Assembly (NCBI GenBank): GCA_965221775.1
Contig: CBDCSU010000005.1
Coordinates: 1 to 64,000 of the forward strand
Reading direction: 5' to 3'
Origin: Candidatus Latescibacterota bacterium
Lineage (GTDB): Bacteria; Latescibacterota; UBA2968; UBA8231
DNA length: 64,000 bases
Shown: positions 28,516-38,665 of the stretch, piece after piece
Numbering within the stretch: position 1 is the first letter of the stretch
How the letters are laid out: the number at the start of each line of letters is the position of its first letter
Notes under the pieces: generated by a model
Seen by the model: the letters and a program-made list of their open reading frames with translations, nothing else
The model's database searches: none
Told to the model about the DNA's origin: nothing
Program-made: the position numbers and the translations under genes

Positions 28516-29244
28516 TCACGCTCGGCCGCGCAGCCAGGCCCGGCCGGCCGCGCGCTTCAGCCCGGCGATGGCGGCGGTCGGGTTCAGCCCGTTCGGGCAC
28601 AGGTCGGCGCAGCTCTGGTGCGAATGGCAGTTGGCGCAGCCGCCATCGCCCGACACCGTCTTCAGCCGCCCGGCCTGCCCGCCATCCCGCGCATCGTTGA
28701 CCAGCGTCCAGGCCCGGTTGAGCGCCGCCGGGCCGAGATAGTCCGGCGCCATCGCCACGGTATCGCAGGCGGCGTAGCAGACGGCGCAGTTGATGCACTC
28801 GATGCCGGCGTCCGCCGCCATCCGCTCCGGCGACTGCGGCGCAATCTCCGCCGCCGGGTCGTCCCGCGTCGCGGTCGGGGCGAAGGTGCCGCCGGCCGCC
28901 GTCCACTTGTCGAAGAAGGGCGCCATGTCGGCGGCGAGGTCGCGGATCACCGGCAGGTTGCGCAGGGGCGCGATGCGCAGGTGCCCGGCCTTCGCCACCC
29001 GGCGCACATGGGTCCGGCAGGTCCAGCGCGGCGCGCCGTTCACCGTCATGGCGCAGGAGCCGCACATGCCGACCCGGCAGGCGAAGCGGTAGGCCAGCGC
29101 CGGCTCGGCGTGCTGCTGGATCCAGGTCACCACGTCGAGGACCGTCTGGCTCTCCCGGCGCGGCACCGCATAGGCGACATAGCCGCCGCCGCGCGCATCG
29201 CCGCGCCAGACCTCGACGCTCAGAGTGTCGGCATCGGGTGTCAC
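28516..29244 (-). CDS. SdhB/FrdB-like iron-sulfur subunit
   Basis: CRVGMCGSC...C, CINCAVCYAAC, CHSHQSCADLCP. Confidence 0.92.
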   Translation of the reverse strand: MTPDADTLSVEVWRGDARGGGYVAYAVPRRESQTVLDVVTWIQQHAEPALAYRFACRVGMCGSCAMTVNGAPRWTCRTHVRRVAKAGHLRIAPLRNLPVIRDLAADMAPFFDKWTAAGGTFAPTATRDDPAAEIAPQSPERMAADAGIECINCAVCYAACDTVAMAPDYLGPAALNRAWTLVNDARDGGQAGRLKTVSGDGGCANCHSHQSCADLCPNGLNPTAAIAGLKRAAGRAWLRGRA

Positions 29245-29304
29245 GCCGCACTCTTTACGACGCGGCGGGCCGGCATTTCACGGAAATTGTGCGCGGGCGG
29301 GTTC

Positions 29305-29380
<76 letters not shown>

Positions 29381-29542
29381 GCACCAAAGGCGTGTCGTCC
29401 GGCCATCGGCCCGAAGTGCGGGCCGGCCTGCGGAGGCGCATATGGGGTGCGGCGGTGCGGCAAGTCAAGGAGCCGCCCTGCGCCGAATGTCCCGTCGGAA
29501 TTTTCCGGGGCCGCCGAAACGCTACGCCCGGCATCCCTCTCA

Positions 29543-29651
29543 TGTCGCCCCGGACGGAGCGGAGCGGAGATCCGGGGACCAGAGCCACAGGGCAAAGGCC
29601 TGTCGGGTCGACTCTGGACCCCGGCTCTCCCTGCGGTCGGCCGGGGTGACA
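29543..29651. repeat. REP-like palindromic element, family B copy 2
   Basis: Near-identical to 13058-13166. Confidence 0.9.
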
Positions 29652-29837
29652 ATTCTGGTTTTCCCGTTTGGTTTTCCCGGGGCGACAAATCGGGGTGGCG
29701 GACAGGACTTCGGGTTCCGCCCGTACCTGAAATGCAAACCGGCTCGCTACCCCGAGGCCGATTTCCTTGCCATGCGCCGGCCGCCCCGATAGGGTCGCGG
29801 CGCCTTTCGCCGAACGAGCCCGCCGCCGCGCCCGTCC

Positions 29838-30146
29838 ATGTGCACCCTGGTTCAACTGATCGACATGGTCCTCGGGATCCTCACCTGGATCCTGATCATC
29901 TACATCGTGCTGAGCCTGCTGCTGTCGTTCGGCGTGATCAACGCCTACAACCGCTTCGTCAACATCGTCTTCGACGGGCTCCAGCGGCTGATCGAACCGA
30001 TCCTGGGGCCGATCCGCCGTTTCCTGCCCCAGACCGGCGCGCTGGATTTCTCGCCCATCGTCGTCTTCATCGGCATCTGGGTCGCCCGCAGCCTGCTCGC
30101 CGAATACGCCTTCCTGCCGGCCTGCAGCGGAGCCTATCTCGGCTGA
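29838..30146 (+). CDS. yggT: YggT family membrane protein
   Basis: [30 protein letters not shown]. Confidence 0.9.
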   Translation: MCTLVQLIDMVLGILTWILIIYIVLSLLLSFGVINAYNRFVNIVFDGLQRLIEPILGPIRRFLPQTGALDFSPIVVFIGIWVARSLLAEYAFLPACSGAYLG

Positions 30147-30219
30147 ACCGGCCGGCCGCCGGACCGGCGGAGCCGGTTTCGCAACGCCCCGAATATCCTG
30201 CAACGGAACAGCCCCGACC

Positions 30220-31122
30220 ATGGACCGATCGAACGTCATCGACGGCAAGGCCTTTGCCGCCCGCCTCCGCGCAACCGTCGCCCGCCAGGCCGCCGTCCTG
30301 AAGGCGGAGCACGGCCTCGTGCCCGGCCTCGCCGTCGTGCTGGTCGGCGAAGATCCGGCGAGCCAGGTCTATGTCCGCAACAAGGGCAAGGCGACCGTGG
30401 AGGCCGGGCTGAACTCCTTCGAGCACAAGCTGCCGCCGGAGACCGGCCAGGAAACGCTGCTCGCCCTCGTCCGGCAGCTGAACGGCGATCCCGCGGTCCA
30501 CGGCATCCTGGTCCAGTTGCCGCTGCCGGACCATGTGTCCGAGGCCGCCGTGCTCGACGCCATCGACCCGGACAAGGATGTCGACGGCTTCCACGTCGTC
30601 AACGCCGGCCGGCTGGCGACCGGCGGCCAGGCGCTGGTGCCGTGTACGCCGCGCGGCTGCCTGATGATGCTCAAGGACCGGCTGGGCGAGCTCAAGGGCC
30701 TGCGCGCCCTCGTGCTCGGCCGCTCCAACATCGTCGGCAAGCCGATGGCCCAGTTGCTGCTCGGCGAGCATTGCACGGTGACCATCGCCCATTCGCGCAC
30801 CCGCGACCTCGCCGGGGAATGCCGCCGCGCCGATATCCTCATCGCCGCCGTCGGCCGGCCGCGCATGGTGCCGGGCGACTGGATCGCGCCGGGCGCCACG
30901 GTGATCGACGTCGGCATCAACCGAATCCCGGACGACCGGCCCGGCGCGGCGGAGGGCAAGATGCGGCTGGTCGGCGACGTCGATTTCGACTCGGCGGTCG
31001 AGGTCGCCGGCGCGATCACCCCGGTGCCCGGCGGCGTCGGCCCCATGACCATCGCCTGCCTGCTCGCCAACACGGTAACGGCGGCGTGCCAGCAGGCCGG
31101 GATCGAGGAGCCGGCGGGGTAG
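30220..31122 (+). CDS. folD: Methylenetetrahydrofolate dehydrogenase/cyclohydrolase
   Basis: [49 protein letters not shown]. Confidence 0.97.
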   Translation: MDRSNVIDGKAFAARLRATVARQAAVLKAEHGLVPGLAVVLVGEDPASQVYVRNKGKATVEAGLNSFEHKLPPETGQETLLALVRQLNGDPAVHGILVQLPLPDHVSEAAVLDAIDPDKDVDGFHVVNAGRLATGGQALVPCTPRGCLMMLKDRLGELKGLRALVLGRSNIVGKPMAQLLLGEHCTVTIAHSRTRDLAGECRRADILIAAVGRPRMVPGDWIAPGATVIDVGINRIPDDRPGAAEGKMRLVGDVDFDSAVEVAGAITPVPGGVGPMTIACLLANTVTAACQQAGIEEPAG

Positions 31123-31141
31123 GTGGGGGCATATTTGGCCG

Positions 31142-31264
31142 GCCCCTCGATACGGCCCCTTCGGGGCCTACTCGGGATGAGGGTTTTGGTTTTTCTTCAG
31201 CCTCGCCACCCCTCTCCCTCACCCTGAGTAGCCCCGGATTCAATCCGGGGCGTATCGAAGGGCG
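31142..31264. repeat. Family A REP/BIME copy 3
   Basis: CCCTCGATACGG..CCTACTCGGGATGAGG...CCCTCACCCTGAGTAGCCCCGGATTCAATCCGGGGCGTATCGAAGGG. Confidence 0.9.
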
Positions 31265-31299
31265 CCCGACCTACCGCCCCCGCTGCCCAAACACAAAGT

Positions 31300-31399
31300 T
31301 GCCGCCCCGGACTTGATCCGGGGCCCAGAGTCGCCCGGCACGGCCTTGCCCTGTGGCTCCTGGACCCTGGATCTCCGCAGCGCGCCGTCCGGGGTGGCA
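31300..31399. repeat. Family B REP-like copy 3 (inverted variant)
   Basis: TGCCGCCCCGGACTTGATCCGGGGCCCAG...GTGGCTCCTGGACCCTGGATCTCCG...CCGGGGTGGCA. Confidence 0.82.
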
Positions 31400-31432
31400 T
31401 TGAGGGAAGGTTTACGGCGTCGCCCTGCGCCG

Positions 31433-31556
31433 GCCCCTCGACACGGCGCTGGCGCGCCTACTCGGGATGAGGGGTTTATGGGTTTATCTCAGGGTCAACC
31501 ACATTCTCCCTCACCCTGAGTAGCCCCGGATTTAATCCGGGGCGTATCGAAGGGCG
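31433..31556. repeat. Family A REP/BIME copy 4
   Basis: Arms match copy 3. Confidence 0.9.
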
Positions 31557-31571
31557 CGCTGCCCCGAACCG

Positions 31572-32795
<1,224 letters not shown>

Positions 32796-32962
32796 CGTTC
32801 CGGTCCCGGCTGCCGTGGGGAATGCGCTCCGCGGGGAGGTGTCCGCAGATGGGCTTGGGGTATTCGCCGGGACAAGGGGTCAAATCCGCCGTGCGCAAGC
32901 CCCGTGCGGCGGGCGGCCGGAGAAGTTTATATAATTATTTTCTCTTTTTGCAATTATTTTCC

Positions 32963-32991
32963 TTGACACAGCGGCTTTCGCGCCCTATATC
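32963..32991 (+). promoter_or_regulatory. Strong sigma-70 promoter, divergent from argG, with an AT-rich UP-like element
   Basis: TTGACA-N17-TATATC preceded by the AT-rich tract 32925-32960. Confidence 0.7.
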
Positions 32992-32996
32992 GGCCC

Positions 32997-33087
32997 CGTC
33001 AACGCCCGAAGTGCGCCTGCGGCGGCCGGCCGACGCCCCCGAAAAAAGAAGCAAACGAAGAACCAGGCGGGAACCTGCCCGCTTTCC
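32997..33087 (+). ncRNA. Candidate small RNA (~90 nt)
   Basis: Follows the consensus promoter with no plausible ORF; GC-rich 5' part, A-rich GAAAAAAGAAGCAAACGAAGAAC tract, then a GCGGG/CCCGC hairpin and TTT. Confidence 0.4.
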
Positions 33088-33426
33088 GGCCCGCCGCCGC
33101 CGATCGGCCATCCGATCGGCCATCCAATGCGCCACCCTGTGCGCCGGCGGGGCTTGACGGCCGGACCCCGTCCGGTTCGACCCTCCGATTCCGCCGGGCC
33201 ATGCTGCCCGGCGGTGCCGCCCCCGGTGTCGACCGGCGCTCCTGCACGGCCGGGAGGCTGGAAAATTTCCTATCAGGATCAGTTTTGCGCATTCCCGATG
33301 GGCATCTTTCCAATGATTCCAAGGGGTTATGACCGCGCCGCGCAAAAAAACATACTATATGGAACGGTCTGTCCAATACCCAAAACAGAGCGATTTCAAC
33401 GACTTAGGGAAGCTCATATTGAATAA

Positions 33427-34044
33427 TCATTCAAAATCCGGCCGCTTTCCGGCCTCCGGCGCGACCAGCGCCGCCACCCTTGCCCGCAGGTCGGGCAGGA
33501 GTTCGGCCTCGAACCAGGGGGTGCGGGCGACCCAGCCGCGGGTGCGCCAGCTCGGGTGCGGGGTCGGCAAGTAGGCGGGCAGGAAATCGCGCCAGCGGGA
33601 AACGGTTTCGGTCAGCGTCCGGCCGCGCCGGCCGCCGAGATAATGCGCTTGGGCGTAGCCGCCGACCAGCAGGGTCAGCTCCACCGCCGGCATCAGCGCC
33701 AGCAGGGCGGCGTGCCACTGCGGCGCGCATTCCGGCCGGGGCGGGGCGTCGCCGCCGCGCGGCAATCGTCCCGGATAGCAGAAGCCCATCGGCACGATGG
33801 CGATGCGCCGCCGGTCGTAGAAGGTCTCCCGGCCGACCCCCATCCAGCCGCGCAGCCGGTCGCCGCTCGGATCGTTCCACGGCACGCCGCTCTCATGGAC
33901 CTTCGTGCCCGGCGCCTGGCCGACGATCAGCAGCCGCGCGGTCGCCGAGGGCCGCAGCACCGGGCGCGGGCCGAGCGGCAGGTCGGCGGCGCACAGGGTG
34001 CAGCCGCGCACCTCGTCCCACAGGGCGTCCAGCGCGTCGCTCAA
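33427..34044 (-). CDS. Uracil-DNA glycosylase family protein
   Basis: CTLC, IVGQAPG.KVH..G.PWNDPSG, PMGFCYPG, PHPSWR; TTG start overlaps the cobB stop. Confidence 0.9.
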   Translation of the reverse strand: MSDALDALWDEVRGCTLCAADLPLGPRPVLRPSATARLLIVGQAPGTKVHESGVPWNDPSGDRLRGWMGVGRETFYDRRRIAIVPMGFCYPGRLPRGGDAPPRPECAPQWHAALLALMPAVELTLLVGGYAQAHYLGGRRGRTLTETVSRWRDFLPAYLPTPHPSWRTRGWVARTPWFEAELLPDLRARVAALVAPEAGKRPDFE

Positions 34045-34766
34045 AATCCTTCTTCGAGGACGCGCGCGACCCAGGCCGGCACGACCTCGGTCGCCGGGCC
34101 GTAGACCGTCTCGGCGAACATCGTCGCGCCCTCGCTCGGCTCCATGTTGAGCTCGACGGTGTGGGCGCGCGCCGAGAAGATCGCCTCCTGCACGAAGCCG
34201 GCGGCCGGATAGACGTTGCCGGAGGTGCCGATGGAGACGAACAGGCTGCATTGCGCCAGGGCGCGGGAAATCCGCTCCATCTCGAACGGCATCTCGCCGA
34301 ACCACACGACATGGGGCCGCATCCCGCCGGCGCGCTCGCAAGCCGGGCAGACGGTTTCGATATCCATGTCGCCGGTCCAGCCGTGCACGGCGCCGCACAG
34401 GTCGCAGCGCGCCTTCAGCATCTCGCCGTGCATGTGGATCAGGTTCTTCGAGCCGCCGGCCTCGTGCAGCGCGTCGATATTCTGGGTCACGACCAGCACG
34501 TTGTCCGGCCATTCGGCCTCGAGCCGGCCGAGGGCGACATGGGCCGCGTTGGCCCGGACGTTGCCGGATTGCAGCTCGCGCCGGCGGTGGTTGTAGAAAT
34601 CGTGGACCATCTTCGGGTTGCGGGCGAAGCCCTCCGGCGTCGCGACATCCTCCAGGTTGACCCGCGACCACAGGCCGTCGGCGTCGCGGAAGGTGTCGAG
34701 CCCGGATTCCTTCGAGATGCCCGCCCCGGTAAGGACGACGATATTGCCCGATTTTCTGCCCCGCAT
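34041..34766 (-). CDS. cobB: NAD-dependent deacylase (sirtuin)
   Basis: LTGAGISKESG..TFRD, TQNIDALHE, HMHG, RPHVVWFGE, GTSGNVYPAA. Confidence 0.95.
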   Translation of the reverse strand: MRGRKSGNIVVLTGAGISKESGLDTFRDADGLWSRVNLEDVATPEGFARNPKMVHDFYNHRRRELQSGNVRANAAHVALGRLEAEWPDNVLVVTQNIDALHEAGGSKNLIHMHGEMLKARCDLCGAVHGWTGDMDIETVCPACERAGGMRPHVVWFGEMPFEMERISRALAQCSLFVSIGTSGNVYPAAGFVQEAIFSARAHTVELNMEPSEGATMFAETVYGPATEVVPAWVARVLEEGF

Positions 34767-34774
34767 GGCCGGCT

Positions 34775-34999
34775 CTACTCCCGCTCCGTGCCGCGTCGCT
34801 GCGCCGGGTGCCGATTATCGCGGGCGAGCGCCGCCCGCGCCACCTTCTTCATCACGCTCGGCAGGGCCTGCCGGTCGAGGCGCGACGGATCCTCCCAGAC
34901 CGCCGCGCCGGCGGACCCGCCCGTCCGGTCTTCGGTCCGGGCCGTGCGCACGGCGAGTTCGAGCCGGAAATGGGTGAAGACATGGCCGACCGTGCCGCG
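34775..34999 (-). CDS. mutY: MutY adenine glycosylase, C-terminal fragment only (5' end cut at the junction)
   Basis: Hand translation GTVGHVFTHFRLELAV...ALPSVMKKVARAAL* matches the MutY NUDIX-like C-terminus; absent from the ORF track. Confidence 0.82.
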   Translation of the reverse strand, partial: RGTVGHVFTHFRLELAVRTARTEDRTGGSAGAAVWEDPSRLDRQALPSVMKKVARAALARDNRHPAQRRGTERE

Positions 35000-35898
35000 C
35001 CTGGCTCCACCTGCCCGCCCTGGCCTGGGCGGTGACCGTGGAGGCCGCCGGCTGGATCTGCCCCCTGACGCCGCTGGAGCGGCACCTGCGCCTGGCCGCG
35101 GGAGAGACGGCCTACGCCGGAGGCTTCGTCGAGCATTACATCCTTCCCGTCCTCTATCCCGGCTCGCTGACGCGGAACATCCAGCTCCTGCTGGCCATGG
35201 CCCTGCTGCTGTTCAACGCGGTCGTCTACGGAGCCGGCTGGCGGCGGCGGGAGCGGACGCCGGAAGGCCGGGACCGGACGGCCCGGGCCGGTCCCGCCGG
35301 CAAGGGCGGCGACAGCCGCTCGGAGCCCGATCTCTTGTCGCCGGGAGGAATGTTCCTCGCCGCCGCGGGGGTGCAGGGCGCCGTGCTGCTGCTGGCCCTC
35401 GGCGCCGGCCCCCTGCTCGGGGCGCCGCCCCTTCGCGGCCTGCACCTCTCCCCGGCCGAGGTCTGGCTGGGGCTGGCGGCGGCCCTGCCCCCGACGGCGG
35501 CCGTGGTCCTCGCCGTGCACCACGGGGTCCCCTGGGCCCGGCGGCTGGCCGAATCGGTAGAGGAGGTACTGAAGCCCCTGCTGCTCAACTCGCCGGCGCG
35601 CCTCGCCCTGGTGGCGGGCCTCGCCGGCCTCGGCGAGGAGGCCTTGTTCCGGGGTGTGCTGCAGTCCGCCCTGGCCGCTGCCGCCGGCCCCTGGGCCGGC
35701 CTGCTGGCGGCGGCCCTGCTCTTCGGCGCCGCCCATTCCGTGAGCCTCGCCTACGCAGTCCTCGCCACCCTCTTCGGCCTCTACCTCGGCGGACTCTACC
35801 TGTGGTCCGGCAACCTGCTGGTGCCCGCCGCGGTCCACGCCGCCTACGACTTCGTCCTGCTCCTCTACCTGCGGCGCAGGGTCCGTCTCAGGGCCTGA
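34999..35898 (+). CDS. DUF2784-like membrane domain (5'-truncated) in frame with a CPBP/CAAX intramembrane metalloprotease
   Basis: AWLHLPALAW...GWICPLTPLE...GGFVEHYI..LYP, then GEEALFRG, FGAAH, HAAYD. Confidence 0.8.
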   Translation, partial: AWLHLPALAWAVTVEAAGWICPLTPLERHLRLAAGETAYAGGFVEHYILPVLYPGSLTRNIQLLLAMALLLFNAVVYGAGWRRRERTPEGRDRTARAGPAGKGGDSRSEPDLLSPGGMFLAAAGVQGAVLLLALGAGPLLGAPPLRGLHLSPAEVWLGLAAALPPTAAVVLAVHHGVPWARRLAESVEEVLKPLLLNSPARLALVAGLAGLGEEALFRGVLQSALAAAAGPWAGLLAAALLFGAAHSVSLAYAVLATLFGLYLGGLYLWSGNLLVPAAVHAAYDFVLLLYLRRRVRLRA

Positions 35899-36721
35899 GG
35901 CCGGACTCCTCCAGGAAGGCGTCCAGATCCCGCCAGAAGCGGCCGAAGTCCGGGGGGGTATCGCCGTGGCCGGAGTCGTAGCTGATCAGCCGGCCCCGCG
36001 GGGCCGCCCGCGCCAGACGCTCGCCGTGGGCGTGGGAGATCAGACCGTCCCGGGTGCCGTGGACCACGAGCACGGGGCCGGCAAAGGAGCGCAGGACCGC
36101 GGCGTTGTCGTAGCGATCGCGCACGAGGAAGGACGGAGCCAGGTAGCGGTGCGCCATGGAGGGCAGGTCGGCGAAGGCCGCCACCAGGACGAGGGCCTGC
36201 AGGGGCCTGCGCGAGGCCAGGGCGCAGACCGCGGCGCCTCCGAGGGACTGGCCGAGGGCGAGGACGCGGTCCCCGTCCACGTCCGGACGCGAGACCAGGG
36301 AGTCGTAGGCCGCGGCGAAGGTCTCGGCCACGCTCTCCAGCGACGGCTTGCCGTCGGAGGACCCGTACCCCGGGTACTCCACCAGCAGGAGGCCGAAACC
36401 GCGCTCGCGGAAGCCCAGGAACCCCTCGGGCATGGTGTCGATCAGGTCGTTGTTGCCGTGGGCGAGGATCACCGCCGGCGCCGGTCCCGCGGGGCGGCTC
36501 TCCCGGGCCGGAGGCAGGTACCAGGCCTCCACCCGCCCGAAGCTGGTCTCGAGCCAGACCACCTCGCGGCCGTCGTGCGCCGGTTGCGGCCCCGGGCGCT
36601 CGCGCAGGTGGGTGCCGGGATAGACCATGGTGGACTGCGTCGCCCAGAGCAGGGCGAGGTAGCCGCCGTAGAGGCCGACAATGGCGAGCAGGCTGAGCAT
36701 GGCGGTCCGAACCTCGGGCAT
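35888..36721 (-). CDS. Alpha/beta hydrolase with N-terminal membrane anchor
   Basis: AHGN, EYPGYG.S.G.P, GQSLGG, HGTRD, GH. Confidence 0.88.
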   Translation of the reverse strand: MPEVRTAMLSLLAIVGLYGGYLALLWATQSTMVYPGTHLRERPGPQPAHDGREVVWLETSFGRVEAWYLPPARESRPAGPAPAVILAHGNNDLIDTMPEGFLGFRERGFGLLLVEYPGYGSSDGKPSLESVAETFAAAYDSLVSRPDVDGDRVLALGQSLGGAAVCALASRRPLQALVLVAAFADLPSMAHRYLAPSFLVRDRYDNAAVLRSFAGPVLVVHGTRDGLISHAHGERLARAAPRGRLISYDSGHGDTPPDFGRFWRDLDAFLEESGLRP

Positions 36722-36770
36722 TCGCTCGACCCGGTTGCGGGCGCCGGCGGCGGCCCCCGGCCGCGCCGCC

Positions 36771-37937
36771 TCAGCGCCCGAAGATGATCCGCTCCTTCTC
36801 GAAGAGCCGCGCCGTGATCTCCACGCAGACCAGACCGAGGAGGGCGGAGGACAGGACCACCGCCAGGCAGGCCCCCACCCGGACCGGCTCCCCGCCGAGG
36901 ACGTCGGTGAGCAGCACGTACTGGCCCAGGGCCGGGATGGCGAACATCCACCAGGCGTCTCCGAGGCTCCACAGGGAGGCGATGAAGTGGGGGACCATGG
37001 GCAGGAGGATCAGCAGCGAGAGGTAGGTCTGGGCCTCCTTGTAGGAACGGGCGAAGGTGGAGAAGGTGACCTGCAGGCCGGCGGCGAAGAACGCCAGAGG
37101 CAGGGTCCCCACCAGCAGCCAGGCGGCCTCCCGGCCGCCGATGTGAAGCTCCAGGCCGAGCTGCTCCAGGGGCACCCGGCTGAGGGCGAAGAGCAGGGCC
37201 ACCAGGGTGAGCCCGACCCCCGCCCCCGAGAACGCCGAGGCCGCCAGCCACTTGCCCAGGACCAGCGTCCGCCGCGGCACCGGGTTGACGAGGAGCGGCT
37301 CCAGGGACTGGCGCTCGCGCTCGCCGGCGGTGGCGTCGATGGCCAGGTTCATGCCTCCCATGAAGGCGGCGAGGATGACGAGCATGGGGATGAAGGTGAA
37401 CCAGCTCGCCGCCCGCTGCCGGGGGCTGGCCACATCGACGTCGTCGATGGTGACGGCGCGGCCCAGCCCGGGGCTGACGCCGCGCGCCATGAGGCGCAGG
37501 TTGCCCACGACCTTGCTGTAGCTTCTCACCAGGCCGCGGACGCGGCCCACGGCCTGGGCCGCCTCCTTGCGCGAGCCGTCGTGAACCAGCTCGACGGCGG
37601 CGCGGCGGCCCTCGGCGAAGTCGGCGGCGAAGTCCTCGGGCACGACCAGGACGAAGTCGAGGTCCTGGGCCCGCACCGCCTCCTGCGGGTCGGCGGGCCC
37701 GTCGACGACGGCGTATCCCCGGCGCCCGAACCAGTCCACCAGGTCGGGGGCGCGCTCGGCGCCGACCACCGGGATGTCGATATCCAGCGACTCCCGGTCG
37801 CGCTCCAGCATGGTGTGGAAGATGATCGGCAGGAGGAAGGGCATGGTCAGGGGGAAGATCAGCGTCGCCAGGACCGACCGCCGGTCGCGGATCCCATCGA
37901 CCAGCTCCTTGCGCAGAATCGCCGGCAGGACCCTCAC
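36771..37937 (-). CDS. ABC-2 permease, NatB-like
   Basis: RKEL.D..RDRR, AIDATAGERERQSLEPLL, FARSYKEAQ. Confidence 0.9.
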   Translation of the reverse strand: MRVLPAILRKELVDGIRDRRSVLATLIFPLTMPFLLPIIFHTMLERDRESLDIDIPVVGAERAPDLVDWFGRRGYAVVDGPADPQEAVRAQDLDFVLVVPEDFAADFAEGRRAAVELVHDGSRKEAAQAVGRVRGLVRSYSKVVGNLRLMARGVSPGLGRAVTIDDVDVASPRQRAASWFTFIPMLVILAAFMGGMNLAIDATAGERERQSLEPLLVNPVPRRTLVLGKWLAASAFSGAGVGLTLVALLFALSRVPLEQLGLELHIGGREAAWLLVGTLPLAFFAAGLQVTFSTFARSYKEAQTYLSLLILLPMVPHFIASLWSLGDAWWMFAIPALGQYVLLTDVLGGEPVRVGACLAVVLSSALLGLVCVEITARLFEKERIIFGR

Positions 37938-38665
37938 GGCTCCACCTCGTCGAGGCCGCTCAAGGCGACGAAGGCGTCCTCCAGGTTGGCGTGGCCGGTG
38001 CGGGCCCGCAGCTCGTCAGGCGTCCCCTCCGCCGCCACCCGGCCCTCGGCGAGGATGACGATGCGGTCGCACAAGGCCGCCACCTCCTGCATGATGTGGC
38101 TCGAGAACAGCACGCAGCGGCCCTCCTCGCGCATGCGGCGGATCAGGCCGCGCACGGCCCGCGTGCTGCCCACGTCGAGGCCGTTGGTGGGCTCGTCCAT
38201 GAGCACCGTGCGGGGATCGTGGACCAGCGCCCTTCCGAGGGAGACCTTGGTCCGCTCGCCGTGGGAGAACCCCTGGGCCCTGCGGCCGGCGATGGCGCCC
38301 ATGTCGAGGAGCTCCACCAACTCGTCGACGCGGCGGTCGAGGGCGGCGCCGGCCAGCCCCCGGAGCTGTCCGAAGTAGCGCAGGTGCTCGCGGGCGGTGA
38401 GCCTCTGGTAGAGGCCGTGGGCGTCGGGCAGGACCCCCATCCGGGCGCGGGCGCCGGCGGGGTCGGCGGCGGCGTCGACGGCATCCACGGCGATGCGCCC
38501 GCCGTCGGGCCGCATCAAGCCGTAGAGCATGCGCAGGGTCGTCGTCTTGCCGGCGCCGTTGGGGCCCAGCAGCCCCGTCACCTCGCCGTCCCGCGCCGCG
38601 AAGGAGACGCCGTCCACCGCCGTGACCTCGCCGAAGCGCTTGCTCAGTCCCTCGACGGAGATCAC
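37934..38665 (-). CDS. ABC ATP-binding protein, NatA-like
   Basis: GPNGAGKTT, FSHG, MDEPTNGLD, SSHIMQEV. Confidence 0.93.
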   Translation of the reverse strand: MISVEGLSKRFGEVTAVDGVSFAARDGEVTGLLGPNGAGKTTTLRMLYGLMRPDGGRIAVDAVDAAADPAGARARMGVLPDAHGLYQRLTAREHLRYFGQLRGLAGAALDRRVDELVELLDMGAIAGRRAQGFSHGERTKVSLGRALVHDPRTVLMDEPTNGLDVGSTRAVRGLIRRMREEGRCVLFSSHIMQEVAALCDRIVILAEGRVAAEGTPDELRARTGHANLEDAFVALSGLDEVEP

